NCBI GenBank assembly: GCA_963799845.1
Contig: CAWCYI010000007.1
Location: 153,617 to 217,616 of the forward strand
DNA from: an uncultured Nitrososphaerota archaeon
GTDB taxonomy: Archaea > Thermoproteota > Nitrososphaeria > Nitrososphaerales > CADDZS01
DNA: 64,000 bases
Reading direction: 5' to 3'
Part shown: piece by piece, positions 21,730-32,085 of the stretch
How positions within the stretch are numbered: the stretch's first letter is position 1
Layout of the letters: every line of letters starts with the position of its first letter
Position numbers and translations under genes: made by a program
Notes under the pieces: generated by a model
Database searches by the model: none
The model's input: the letters and a program-made list of their open reading frames with translations, nothing else
What the model was told of the DNA's origin: nothing

Positions 21730-22203
21730 ATGGCATCGAGACTTAGAAAAGTTAGGAGATTGAGAGGCTCGCGAACGCACGGCTGGGGGCAGGTAACTCA
21801 GCATCGTAGAACGGGTGCGAAAGGAGGTTCGGGCATGGCGGGACTTCATAAGCACAAGTGGAGTTACACTGTCAAATATATGCCAGACCATTTCGGATCG
21901 AACAAGTGGCATCCTCCTAATCAAGTCGAGATCAATCGATGGCTGAACCTTTACCAGCTTGAGAACCTCGCCTCAAATGGAAATGAAATAGATCTGGTGG
22001 CACTTGGGTTTGACAAACTTCTCGGGCAGGGCTCAGTTCATTCGGCTTTGAAAGTTAAAGCTCGAAGAGCTTCTTCCTCAGCAATAGAAAAAATCAAAGC
22101 GGCAGGAGGAAGCATAGATGTCCTTGAGGTCGTCGAGGTGAAGGAGAAGGCTCCTCCCGAGAAGAAAGGGAAAGACACCAGTAAAAAGGGCGTTCAGAAA
22201 TAA
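21730..22203 (+). CDS. rpl15: 50S ribosomal protein L15
   Basis: RGSRTHGWG; KLLGQG; KIKAAGG. Confidence 0.97.
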   Translation: MASRLRKVRRLRGSRTHGWGQVTQHRRTGAKGGSGMAGLHKHKWSYTVKYMPDHFGSNKWHPPNQVEINRWLNLYQLENLASNGNEIDLVALGFDKLLGQGSVHSALKVKARRASSSAIEKIKAAGGSIDVLEVVEVKEKAPPEKKGKDTSKKGVQK

Positions 22204-22290
22204 TATATCGATCTGTTTCTAGACTTTGGGTGTAATATCGCAAACCCAGAGTGTTATTAGCAAGATCAATAAAATCGGTGGCAGAATAGA

Positions 22291-23769
22291 ATGGGAGCAG
22301 TCAAGAATTTTGTAAAGGGCGCAGCGACTGTACTCCCCGAAATAAGAAAACCGGTGCGAAAGCCCTCACTCAATGAGAAGCTGATGTGGACCGGTATAGC
22401 GCTGGTCATTTACATGGTAATGGCGGTCACTCCGCTTACCGGCGTACCAATCGGAGCTTCAAGTCAAACTTCTTACTCCAGCATAATTTTTGCATCTCAA
22501 CAGGGAACTTTGATGACGCTAGGAATCGGTCCGATCGTAACTGCTGGTCTGATTCTTCAGCTTTTAGCAGGGTCCGAAATAATCAAAGTTGATTTTCAGA
22601 ATCCTGACGACAGAGCAATTTTCACCTCAGCGACGAAACTTTTGACGATGATCGTCATCGTAGTCGAAGCCTCAGCCTATTTGATCGGGGGACTTTTTGG
22701 GTCAATACATCCAGATGCGGCTATTGCGATCTTCTTCGAGCTTTTTGTTGCTTCGGTTATAGTCATGTTGCTTGATGAGCTGATTCAGAAAGGTTGGGGA
22801 ATTGGCAGTGGAGTGAGCCTGTTCATTCTAGCAGGCGTGGCCCAGAGGGCAATGTGGGACATATTCTCTCCAATTGTCGTCCCCATAACTCAGGCTTCGA
22901 GTACGGCTCCAGCAGTGACTCAGTTTTATGGAGTAGTTCCAGCGACGATCGCAGCAATATTTCAAGGCAATCTTGCTTCAATGTTCTTCAGAGAGAATGC
23001 GCCGCAATTTCCCTCGATTTTCGGTCTAATTCTGACAATTACCGCGATTCTGATAATTGTTTACGTTGAGGGAATGAGAATCGAGATTCCAATCACCTCG
23101 ACGAAGTACAGAGGATTTGCGGGGGTTTATCCAATCAAATTGCTTTACGTTTCCAACATCCCAGTGATTCTGTTTTCTGCGCTGACCTCAAACATCCAGT
23201 TCTTCGCTTCCTACTTGTGGAAAGCTTACGATCCTACAAACACGAATCCGTATTTCAACTGGTTTGCGCAATTCAATCAGACTCAGATCGCCGCGTCTAC
23301 GGGTGCTTCACCGCTCTCGTATCAACCGCTGCCTGGAAATTTAATCTACTATATGACGTCCCCTAATTCGATATTCGTCCCACATCCAGATTATCTGAGG
23401 GCATTGACTTACGTTTGCTTCGCAGTAATATTTTCAGTAATGTTCGCTCGAATATGGGTTGAAATTGGTGGACTCTCGCCAAAAGCTGCTGCTAAGAACC
23501 TGATTGGAGCCGATGTAATGGTACCAGGTTTCAGAAGAAGCGGGACTTCCGTCGAAGCGATTCTCTCGAAATATATTCCTATTATCACAATAGTAGGAGG
23601 AATTTTCATCGGGTTGCTTGCTTCCCTTTCCAACATTCTTGGAGTTTATGGGACAGGAGTCGGCTTATTACTAATGGTGGACATAATTATTCAGTACTAC
23701 CAGATGCTGGTTAAGGAACAGCTCGAGTCTATGATGCCGAGGCTTGGTGCGTTGCTTGGGCGAACCTAG
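22291..23769 (+). CDS. secY: preprotein translocase subunit SecY
   Basis: LGIGPIVTAG; GIGSGVSLFI; YPIKLLYVSNIP; multiple TM helices. Confidence 0.98.
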   Translation: MGAVKNFVKGAATVLPEIRKPVRKPSLNEKLMWTGIALVIYMVMAVTPLTGVPIGASSQTSYSSIIFASQQGTLMTLGIGPIVTAGLILQLLAGSEIIKVDFQNPDDRAIFTSATKLLTMIVIVVEASAYLIGGLFGSIHPDAAIAIFFELFVASVIVMLLDELIQKGWGIGSGVSLFILAGVAQRAMWDIFSPIVVPITQASSTAPAVTQFYGVVPATIAAIFQGNLASMFFRENAPQFPSIFGLILTITAILIIVYVEGMRIEIPITSTKYRGFAGVYPIKLLYVSNIPVILFSALTSNIQFFASYLWKAYDPTNTNPYFNWFAQFNQTQIAASTGASPLSYQPLPGNLIYYMTSPNSIFVPHPDYLRALTYVCFAVIFSVMFARIWVEIGGLSPKAAAKNLIGADVMVPGFRRSGTSVEAILSKYIPIITIVGGIFIGLLASLSNILGVYGTGVGLLLMVDIIIQYYQMLVKEQLESMMPRLGALLGRT

Positions 23770-24439
23770 CAATTCCATGCAAAATGGCGAACAATCCGGA
23801 ATTTTGGAATCAGCTCAACTCGCGTCAAGTTCCGCTAAGACTCGTTCTTCCACAGAGGAGAAAAAGCGTCGAGTTGTAATTGTTGGAATTCCCGGCGTCG
23901 GCAAGAGCACTGTCGTCACAAGAGTAGTTGGGATCATTAGAGAAAAGGGGCATACTGTTGAACTCGTAAACTATGGTACAACGATGATGGAGGAAGCAAC
24001 GAGACGGCACGGATTGAAATCAAGGGATGATATGCGAAAGCTTCCAGTCGAACTTCAGAGGGCCCTCCAGGTTTATGCTGCAGAGAGGATCTCAGAACTC
24101 GAAAACCAATTCGTGATTATCGACACCCATCTCTTCATCGTGACTAAGGAGGGATTTTGGCCTGGGATGCCTCTCGACGTGCTGCGCGCATTGAAGCCGA
24201 CTCATCTAGTGTTAGTTTCAGCATCCCTTGAAGAGATCAAGTCCCGAAGAGAAAACGACTCAACGAGGTCGAGGGACAGTGCAACACTTGAGTCGCTAGA
24301 ACTGGAAATGGACGCGGCAAAGTCGCTCCTATTTGCTTCAAGCTTGATCTGTGGCTGTCCAATGTTGATAGTTACAAACTCCACTGATAAAGTCGACGAG
24401 GCAGCCAAAAGGATAATCAACTCGGTGTTATCCAACTAA
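23744..24439 (+). CDS. adk: archaeal adenylate kinase
   Basis: GIPGVGKST; IIDTH; GFWPGMP; follows secY (true start probably downstream). Confidence 0.93.
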   Translation: MVRCLGEPSNSMQNGEQSGILESAQLASSSAKTRSSTEEKKRRVVIVGIPGVGKSTVVTRVVGIIREKGHTVELVNYGTTMMEEATRRHGLKSRDDMRKLPVELQRALQVYAAERISELENQFVIIDTHLFIVTKEGFWPGMPLDVLRALKPTHLVLVSASLEEIKSRRENDSTRSRDSATLESLELEMDAAKSLLFASSLICGCPMLIVTNSTDKVDEAAKRIINSVLSN

Positions 24440-24455
24440 ATTACGGTGTAAGATA

Positions 24456-24986
24456 GTGCCATTAGAGGCTTTGTTAGGGGTGCTGAACGGCCTTTCAAAT
24501 TCAGCTTTGCAGATCCCCGCGCCGGTGACAATCTCCCTTGAACAGACATTTCTCGTAATTGCCGAGGCGCTGGGAGTTAATTGTCTATATGCCGTTGGAA
24601 GGCGTAAATTTACAAACATTGAGAAGATGAGGCGATACAACGCTGAGATGAAAGCGTTCAGATCGGAAATGTCGGCAGCGCAAAAAGCTGGTGACAAACA
24701 AAAGCTGGATAAGCTAAAGAAAAAGCAGCAGCAGATGCAAAAAATGCAGGCAGAAATGAGCATGGATAATTTGAAGCCTACTCTTTTATTCATGCTACCG
24801 TTGCTTGGGGTCTACTACCTTGTTAGTAGCTTCATCAAGAACGCCACTCTCGCGGTTGCTCCAATTCCGTTTCAACTTTTCAATTATGGGCCGCCGATCG
24901 AAGTTCCATTTTTCTGGTGGTATATGGTCTGCTCATTCACTTTCAGTGGAATAATAACCCGTCTGTTCGGTCTGTCTTTAGACTAG
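24456..24986 (+). CDS. EMC3/TMCO1 (DUF106, Oxa1 superfamily) membrane protein
   Basis: TM-coiled coil-TM layout; KPTLLFMLP; WWYMVCS; position after adk. Confidence 0.88.
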   Translation: MPLEALLGVLNGLSNSALQIPAPVTISLEQTFLVIAEALGVNCLYAVGRRKFTNIEKMRRYNAEMKAFRSEMSAAQKAGDKQKLDKLKKKQQQMQKMQAEMSMDNLKPTLLFMLPLLGVYYLVSSFIKNATLAVAPIPFQLFNYGPPIEVPFFWWYMVCSFTFSGIITRLFGLSLD

Positions 24987-25105
24987 CCTCCTGCTCTAAT
25001 TTTTCCTGAATTCGATCCTTAACTGTGATTCCATAATTTTTAATTCAGGAAAACAAAGGCAAAGTCACAAATTGTCTAGAATAGCAGGAAGTTGTCTTTC
25101 GGAAC

Positions 25106-25709
25106 ATGCATTCTAAACGTAAGAGAATCTCCGTAATTATTTCTGGAATGCCATCGGTAGGAAAGACGACTGCCGCCAATGCGATCGCTCGAGAATACCA
25201 TCTGAAGCATGTTGCGGGTGGGGATATGTTGAAGCAGATTGCAATCGATCGAGGTTATCACTTATCTGGTCCTGAATGGTGGGATACTGCAGAAGGAATG
25301 AGGTTTCTTTCGGAAAGGAAAAAAGACCCAGATTTTGATAGAATCGTTGATCAAAAGCTCGCCGAACATGTCCGCTTGGGGAACGTAGTGATGACGAGCT
25401 GATTCTATGCCCTGGCTAGCAAAAAACGACGGCCTCAAATTATGGTTTCACGCCTCACAAAAAACACGGGCTGCTCGTCTTGCTGGAAGAGACTCCATAA
25501 GCAAGACTCGTGCGTTGGCCATAATTAAGAAAAGAGATCAAGAGAACAAAAGGCTCTACAAGGAGCTTTATGGAATAAGTTTTGGTGACGATCTATCCCC
25601 ATTTCATTTCATTATTGACACTAACAAAATGTCTGCTGAGGAAGTTGCAAGAGCATCCTGCAAGATTGTGGGTGAGTATGCTCGGGCGAAATCAAGGAAG
25701 ATTCGCTAA
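25106..25709 (+). CDS. cmk: cytidylate kinase (apparent extra base at 25401)
   Basis: SGMPSVGKTT P-loop; VVMTS|YSMPWL is restored by removing one G; RLYKELYG. Confidence 0.92.
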
Positions 25710-25712
25710 CAG

Positions 25713-26846
25713 ATGAGCACCCAGTTGTTGAATCTCGATAGATTCACCAAGGAGACGGCCCTTCGAAACGAGACTGATTTGATTGTAATACGACCTGAAG
25801 AGCCTTCTAATCCGGCCTATGGTCATGCTCCCTCAAATCGACCGATTATCGAATATTTGAAAAACGGATTTGTCGTACTGGACAAACCTCAGGGGCCCAC
25901 CAGCCATGAAGTCGTAGCTTGGGTCCGAAAAATGCTTTCTCTGGAAAGAGCCGGCCATTCTGGCACACTTGACCCGATGGTTTCCGGTCTTTTGCCAATT
26001 GGATTGGGAAATGCCACGAAAGCGCTCTCGGTTTTACTGCTCGGCCCAAAGGAGTACATTTGTGTTGCGAGGATTCATGATTCAGTCCCCAAGGACCTTC
26101 TTTTTGGGGTAATTAGGCAATTCGTTGGACCAATCTATCAAAAGCCGCCACAGAGGTCATCGGTGAAAAGAGTGACTAGGACCCGAACAATTTACGAATT
26201 GGAAATATTGGAGCAGGTTGGAAATCTATTACTTTTGAGAATCCTCTGCGAGGCTGGAACCTACATTCGAAAACTTGTCTATGATATAGGAGAGGTCATC
26301 ACCGTCGGTGCGACAATGGTCGAACTTCGTAGAACTCGGGTGTGCCATCTGACCGAGGAGGATCTAGTGAGGCTGCACGACCTGCATGAGGCAAACGAGA
26401 TTTTCAAAGAGTCAAAATCAGAATCGAGACTCCGCGAGCTGATCAAGCCTATCGAATTTGCGGTCTCGTTCCTGAAGCAGATCAGAATTAGAGACTCTGC
26501 GGTAGAGTCCATTTGTCAGGGCGCACAGCTCGCCATCCCCGGCATCGTTTCGATGTCGAAAGGAATCAAGAAGGGAGAGATTGTCAGGATAATGACGGGA
26601 AAGGGAGAGCTCGTGGCAATCGCTGAAGCCCAACTCGTTGGGGAAGATATCTTGAAAGAGCAGCATGGGCTCGCGACTGTCACGAAGAGAGTCACGATGA
26701 ATACCGGAACCTACCCGAAGATGTGGAAATCGAAAGCGGAAGTTCTTGTCAGCGAAGGAATTTCCGAAGTCCTCCTCAAGGAGTCGATCCTAGATAGGCT
26801 CGAAAAAGACGAACAGGAAGAATTAGTGAATCGGAAAAAAAGATAG
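25713..26846 (+). CDS. cbf5: H/ACA pseudouridine synthase Cbf5/TruB
   Basis: LDKPQGPTSHEV; GHSGTLDP; CEAGTYIRKL; PUA domain. Confidence 0.96.
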   Translation: MSTQLLNLDRFTKETALRNETDLIVIRPEEPSNPAYGHAPSNRPIIEYLKNGFVVLDKPQGPTSHEVVAWVRKMLSLERAGHSGTLDPMVSGLLPIGLGNATKALSVLLLGPKEYICVARIHDSVPKDLLFGVIRQFVGPIYQKPPQRSSVKRVTRTRTIYELEILEQVGNLLLLRILCEAGTYIRKLVYDIGEVITVGATMVELRRTRVCHLTEEDLVRLHDLHEANEIFKESKSESRLRELIKPIEFAVSFLKQIRIRDSAVESICQGAQLAIPGIVSMSKGIKKGEIVRIMTGKGELVAIAEAQLVGEDILKEQHGLATVTKRVTMNTGTYPKMWKSKAEVLVSEGISEVLLKESILDRLEKDEQEELVNRKKR

Positions 26847-26904
26847 AAATACACTAATCGCAGAGGAAAAACGAAAGCACAAGATATTCAGGGAACGACT
26901 GGAT

Positions 26905-27125
26905 GCCGGGGTCGCCTAGAGCTTCCAGTTAAGTCAGTTTTCGAACTAGAGGCGGGAATCCTGGTAGGGCGCAGCTTCTGACCGCGGGCTTCTCAAGAAG
27001 ACCGTGAAGGATTTGCGTACGCCTGGAAAACCAAGGCCTTCCCAAGCGCGCTAACTTGGTGCGTCTTGCAAAACGGAAAGCCTGTGACCGCATTGGTCTC
27101 GTGGGTTCAAATCCCACCCCCGGCG
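26905..27125 (+). tRNA. tRNA-Ser(GGA) with three introns (26920-26959, 26975-27020, 27029-27078)
   Basis: Acceptor GCCGGGG/CCCCGGC plus discriminator G; T-arm GTGGG-TTCAAAT-CCCAC; long variable arm; joined exons give anticodon arm CAGGC-CT GGA AA-GCCTG; BHB-like junctions. Confidence 0.88.
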
Positions 27126-27502
27126 TTTTCCTTTTTCTCTGATTTTTTCATTTCTTTCTCATCTCAAAGCAGCCTTTTGGCCCGAGTGATAGACACTCCG
27201 ACGATCCGTTCAATGCGTTTCGAGCTCTTCTAAGCTAACAGAGCTCCGTTCTGAGCTGAACGAATTGAACAGTGCTCGAACGTAGCTCTCCCGTCAGAAC
27301 GTACGCGCGGTTGCGAAACGGCAGAATTTTTCTCTGTATGAATCAATGATAATTCCAATTTAAAGGATAAAATCATCCCGAGGTTCGTAGGTCTGGACTT
27401 TCGTTTATTGCACAAAACGACAAGCTAGATTTGTTTTTTCAATTCAATCTTGTAATTTGATCTTCTGCCAGATCGATAGTTTCTGTAAAAAGGGGTAACT
27501 CT

Positions 27503-28084
27503 CTAACCTTGCTGGCAGACAAAGCCGTAATGGTGTGGCCCCGGATTTAGGGCATAAACAATCACAAAACCATTTTCCCTGATAATAAGCCGGGATTCAT
27601 TTTCAGAAAGTCTCCTTTCGAGTGGAGGTCCCATATTCTCTGTTTCTCGTTTGTGCCAGTCGATGTCGACGATCCGGGCTGTCTGTTTCGCGATACGTCG
27701 TATCTCGTTGAAGAACGACTTCTTATCTTTCAAGTCGTGCAGAATATTTGCAAAAATGACAAGGTCTACGCTTTGATCCGGAATATCCGTGCTACTAACA
27801 TCGGCTTCAATAATCCTAATTTTGGCGAGATTTTTTTCCAAGTTTGAACTCCCCAAGTTAGTCTTCAAATAACGCAGCATCACTGGATTATTGTCCACTG
27901 CGTAGAGCTGACCGAGACTTCCAATCTTCATCGCGAGTGGAATAGTGAAGAATCCAGGCCCGCAGGCGAGGTCTGCTGCGGACGAACCCTCAGCGATCCC
28001 TATTTGTTCGAGAATATCTTCGGGATTCTGCCACTCCTTCCGATCTTCCGCCATCAATAACTTGGCAAAATCATCGCTGTCCAA
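27503..28084 (-). CDS. class I SAM-dependent methyltransferase
   Basis: ADLACGPGFF; VD; IDW...GPPLERR. Confidence 0.9.
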   Translation of the reverse strand: MDSDDFAKLLMAEDRKEWQNPEDILEQIGIAEGSSAADLACGPGFFTIPLAMKIGSLGQLYAVDNNPVMLRYLKTNLGSSNLEKNLAKIRIIEADVSSTDIPDQSVDLVIFANILHDLKDKKSFFNEIRRIAKQTARIVDIDWHKRETENMGPPLERRLSENESRLIIRENGFVIVYALNPGPHHYGFVCQQG

Positions 28085-28189
28085 TTTTAGTAAAAACTCC
28101 AGTCGTCGATGCTAATTCAAAAATATGTCTCAGTCTGAGACGTGGCAATATTGTGAAATACTTTGATCAAGCCCAAATTTTCAATCCCG

Positions 28190-28720
28190 ATGACTGTCCT
28201 AGGAAAAAGCGAACTAATAAAGCTCGTAGAGAATCAAAAGACAATCTACCCATTCGACTATGAGCTTTTCGACGGAGATGGTTATGTTCTAACGGTCAGA
28301 GAAGAGGTTACTCTGAATTATCTAGAGCATAGAAACGTCATTTCGCATGAAGTAATTTTTACTCCTCCAGATTTAGTAGGGCATCTTACTGCAAAGAGTA
28401 AATTTGGCAGACTGGGTTTGTCTTTTCTAAATTCAGTCAAAGTTCACAGCGGATTCGTCGGCAGGCTTGCGCTCGAATTGGTAAATCTAAACAACGAGAG
28501 AGCTCCTATTACTATACGCCGAGGCGACCCTCTCATTCATATTGAATTTGATACGAGGGAAGGATTGCCGAGCCCATACGCAGGTCAGTACATGTTTCAA
28601 TATTTGAATGACGACGAATGCGTCATGTACTCTAGATTGTTGTTGTCTGAAAAATATCACAACTTATTTACAAGAGAAGACGTAGAAAAAAAAGTCAAAG
28701 CAAGGGTCAAGTTTGAATAG
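28190..28720 (+). CDS. dcd: dCTP deaminase/dUTPase family protein
   Basis: AKSKFGRLG; VHSGFVGRLALELVN; YAGQY. Confidence 0.82.
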   Translation: MTVLGKSELIKLVENQKTIYPFDYELFDGDGYVLTVREEVTLNYLEHRNVISHEVIFTPPDLVGHLTAKSKFGRLGLSFLNSVKVHSGFVGRLALELVNLNNERAPITIRRGDPLIHIEFDTREGLPSPYAGQYMFQYLNDDECVMYSRLLLSEKYHNLFTREDVEKKVKARVKFE

Positions 28721-28772
28721 GATATTAAAAAATGGACAAGCTTTTAAAATCGCGGAATGACCCTTCGAAAGA

Positions 28773-29327
28773 TTGACTTTCCGAACAGGGAAGAAGCACA
28801 AAGTGCAGGAATCTGGCAAGTCAGCAAGAAACGTCCTAAAACTTGCTTCGCGTTTTCAAAGATTTCTAACTACGGGAGTGGCAACGAGGAAAGATCTGAA
28901 AGATATCGACGATCAATTCGACGCCTTGGTTTCTCAACAAGGAGACAAAATTCTGATGCTCCTTGATCAACTCCGAGATCACGCTCCCAGAGGTGAGGTA
29001 CAAGATAGGGTTGAGCGAACTTGCGAGGTCTGGGTGAAGTGGCTTACTGATCTGGATTCAAAAGGAAGACTCGGTTATTCGAGTCTAAAATCTGCGGGAA
29101 TTGAATCAGAAACACACGGGTTATTACTCGAATCTGCAGTTAATGCTGAAACAGATCTTTTTCGAATGCTCTTAACTTTCAAGACAAATTTGTCATCCTT
29201 GGTAAGGAATATCTCCAATATCAACCCGATGACATTGGATGTTCTTTGCGGAGTCGAAGAAATAATCGATGCTTATGAGCAAAAGCAGAAAGCGCTCGCT
29301 AAAATCGCTTCAAGTCTAAGTCACTAG
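28773..29327 (+). CDS. hypothetical protein
   Basis: 184 aa ORF, no motif recognised. Confidence 0.55.
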   Translation: MTFRTGKKHKVQESGKSARNVLKLASRFQRFLTTGVATRKDLKDIDDQFDALVSQQGDKILMLLDQLRDHAPRGEVQDRVERTCEVWVKWLTDLDSKGRLGYSSLKSAGIESETHGLLLESAVNAETDLFRMLLTFKTNLSSLVRNISNINPMTLDVLCGVEEIIDAYEQKQKALAKIASSLSH

Positions 29328-29454
29328 CCATTTGTCTCGTCCTTACTAAATTTTCAGAGCAGGCCGCAATCCCTCTGTGCCTATTACGGATAGCGACTTT
29401 CGAAGCTCTAGCCTCAAGGAATGATTTTTAATCAAAACTGACTTTCCTCTTCTT

Positions 29455-29661
29455 ATGATTTATCGTTTCTCAGATAACCTCACAGACAAACAAATTCAGG
29501 AGCTTACTTCGCGATTGGAAAACAGAAAGATTACAAAGTTCGAATACGAGGTTCAAGGAACAGACAACTATTTCGTGCTAGGATTTGACGATGAAACGAA
29601 ACTCACGATTTTCTACGAGTCGGGAAAGGGTAGCGTCGTGCTGGGAGAAGGTTTTCCTTAA
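29455..29661 (+). CDS. small hypothetical protein
   Basis: 68 aa ORF with a TTTTAA box upstream. Confidence 0.55.
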   Translation: MIYRFSDNLTDKQIQELTSRLENRKITKFEYEVQGTDNYFVLGFDDETKLTIFYESGKGSVVLGEGFP

Positions 29662-30182
29662 CTGGAAGTAACTTTGAGCTCTTCCGTCAGGAATAGATCG
29701 TATTGATTTACCATACCGACTGCGATATCGTCTCGTGTGATTAAGAGTCTCCTGAAATTCTTCTCTTGCATCAAATCAATTGCCTTCTTGACCGATGTCT
29801 TTTCGTCTACTGAGACGAGTGGGGAAGACATTATTTTCCTCAACAAAACGTGGGCAGCAGGAAGATCTTCGGCGACTATTTTGTAGAGCATATCCCTCTC
29901 TGTGACGATCCCAACTGGTCTTCCGTTTTGTGTGACAAAAATACTGCCTGTTTTCTTCTCTCGCATCAATCTGGCGGCATCCCAGGCGCTCGAATTGATA
30001 TCTATGGTCAGAAGTTCACGAATCATGAACTTGCCGATTGGTTCATCAAGAGACGTTTTTGCATCGGTCCAGTCTATCCAGAACGAAACGTTTGCATTAC
30101 ACCTGGTGCAAGTATCGGGTGGCATTTCCTGATCGTAAACCTCACCACACCGGTAACACTTCCATTTCGGCAATATATTCAT
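29658..30182 (-). CDS. rubredoxin-like Cys4 domain fused to a CBS pair
   Basis: WKCYRCGEVY...PPDTCTRC; VGIVTERD; IMSSPL. Confidence 0.85.
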   Translation of the reverse strand: MNILPKWKCYRCGEVYDQEMPPDTCTRCNANVSFWIDWTDAKTSLDEPIGKFMIRELLTIDINSSAWDAARLMREKKTGSIFVTQNGRPVGIVTERDMLYKIVAEDLPAAHVLLRKIMSSPLVSVDEKTSVKKAIDLMQEKNFRRLLITRDDIAVGMVNQYDLFLTEELKVTSS

Positions 30183-30232
30183 GAAGAGTTTTGCTTAAAC
30201 ATAACATTTACTCAACAAAATCGCTTCGAGTG

Positions 30233-30511
30233 CTATACTGAGCCAAAACCGTCAGTATTATGCTCTTCTGGCTTTATGCTTTCATATTCGACTACCATTT
30301 CGTTGTTCAAGAGGCGCCTCTGGACTTCTGTGATAAGGTCTTCAATCTGCTGTTCGGTTGGGTTCTCCGTTCTTTTGATAAGCTGAACATCCTCCTCCGA
30401 AATGTTCACGCTAACATTGTGGCCACCGTAATTCCCACCGAATGCTACTCCCTCGAACGCGACTTTCATGGACTGTCCTTCCGGCCGCCGCAATAGGAAA
30501 TAACCCTTCAT
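30233..30511 (-). CDS. hypothetical protein
   Basis: Likely start MKGYFLL; GVAFGGNYGGHNVSV. Confidence 0.65.
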   Translation of the reverse strand: MKGYFLLRRPEGQSMKVAFEGVAFGGNYGGHNVSVNISEEDVQLIKRTENPTEQQIEDLITEVQRRLLNNEMVVEYESIKPEEHNTDGFGSV

Positions 30512-30897
30512 CCTGTAAGATGACCCTAACCCTTCTAACCAATTGACGTAAACCTGTTGAAGTTCTTCTACCAACAAAGGAATCAATCTCTTTTCGATTT
30601 GAAATAAAAGTGATCCAGCTGATTTATGGGTTCTCTGAGTGATTCGACCAGGTACGTCTTATTACCTGCAAATCGGGCCGTGTCTTGTTGAATGATACCT
30701 ATGGATTTTGAGTCAAACATGGTATAGAAATTTCCAGAAAGGTTGTTCTAGATATGAATTGCAAAGACAAAGGATTTCAGATCACGACGAACTTTTCTTT
30801 CGTTTGCTCCGCGAAGACATCTCGAATCCTCACCCAAAGCCTTAATGCAATATCTGAAAAAAAAGTCGCCGTTATATTTAGAAGTTGATCTGAATTC

Positions 30898-31926
30898 TTG
30901 GAAAAACGAATAGCTCTAATCCGAGGAGATGGCACCGGTCCGGAACTTGTGCAAGCGATGATGACGGTCCTAAGAGCTACTGGAACTAAAGCTGAATTCA
31001 TACAGTGCGATGCTGGCTTGGAATGGTGGGAAAAGCACGGTGGGCCTTCTCTCGTTCCAGACGAAACTTGGAAAGTTCTAGACTCTTCAGACGCGTGTTT
31101 TAAAGGTCCCACGACAACTCCTTGGACCCCAGGTTCTCCGAGGAGTGTCGCTGTAAGTATCAGACAGAGATACAATCTTTACGCGAATGTCAGACCAATA
31201 AAGTCCTACAAGGGCCATATTTCGGTTTTGGGAGAAGTCGATTTTGTTTGTGTTAGGGAGGCGACCGAGGGCATGTACAGCGGGTTAGAGCACCGCCTAA
31301 CCAACGATGTGGCTATAGGAATCCGAAAGATAACGAGACTTTCGAGTGAAAGAGTGACAGAGTTTGCTTTCAACGAAGCCGAGCGTCGAAATTGGTCAAC
31401 TGTCTACGCCATTAACAAGGCGAACATTCTGAAGGAGACCGATGGTCTTTTCCTTGAGGCAGTTAGGTGTGTTGCTTCGAAACATCCCGGAATAAAATTG
31501 GAAGAATCATTCATCGATAATTTTTCGCAGCAACTAGTAAAAAATCCCCAGCTTTTCAACCAGTCAATCATTCTCAGCACTAATCTGTTCATGGACATTC
31601 TATCTGAAGAAGCCTCTGGACTTATCGGGAGTATTGGTACGGTTTATTCTGCAAACATTGGTGAAAAATACGCAATGTTCGAACCGGCCCACGGGAGTTC
31701 ACCAAAATACAAAGGATTGGACAAGGTCGATCCAGTTGCGACGATATTGTCGGGCGCTTGGCTCCTGAGTTACATCGGCGAGGAAGCTCGTTCAAAAGCG
31801 GTGTTTGATGCAACGCGGGAGATCATCGAGGAGAATAAGGTAGTCACATACGACCTCGGAGGAACGGCGAAGACATCCGAAATGACCTCGGCAATTGCCG
31901 AAAGGGTCGGGAAGATCCTCGACTAA
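30898..31926 (+). CDS. isocitrate/isopropylmalate dehydrogenase family protein
   Basis: GDGTGPE; LYANVRP; KANILK; FEPAHGS. Confidence 0.93.
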   Translation: MEKRIALIRGDGTGPELVQAMMTVLRATGTKAEFIQCDAGLEWWEKHGGPSLVPDETWKVLDSSDACFKGPTTTPWTPGSPRSVAVSIRQRYNLYANVRPIKSYKGHISVLGEVDFVCVREATEGMYSGLEHRLTNDVAIGIRKITRLSSERVTEFAFNEAERRNWSTVYAINKANILKETDGLFLEAVRCVASKHPGIKLEESFIDNFSQQLVKNPQLFNQSIILSTNLFMDILSEEASGLIGSIGTVYSANIGEKYAMFEPAHGSSPKYKGLDKVDPVATILSGAWLLSYIGEEARSKAVFDATREIIEENKVVTYDLGGTAKTSEMTSAIAERVGKILD

Positions 31927-32085
31927 ACCCGTCTTCGCGCAATGTCGAGGTCATATGAATCTGATTTTAAATGGTTGACTTCTCTCGATAGAATTGCGAT
32001 CAGTTGATGAGATCCTCTTTTCTGAAATGATAAGAAAAAAAGATTTATTCGATGAATACCTGTCAAACTGAACATCGAGATTTCC

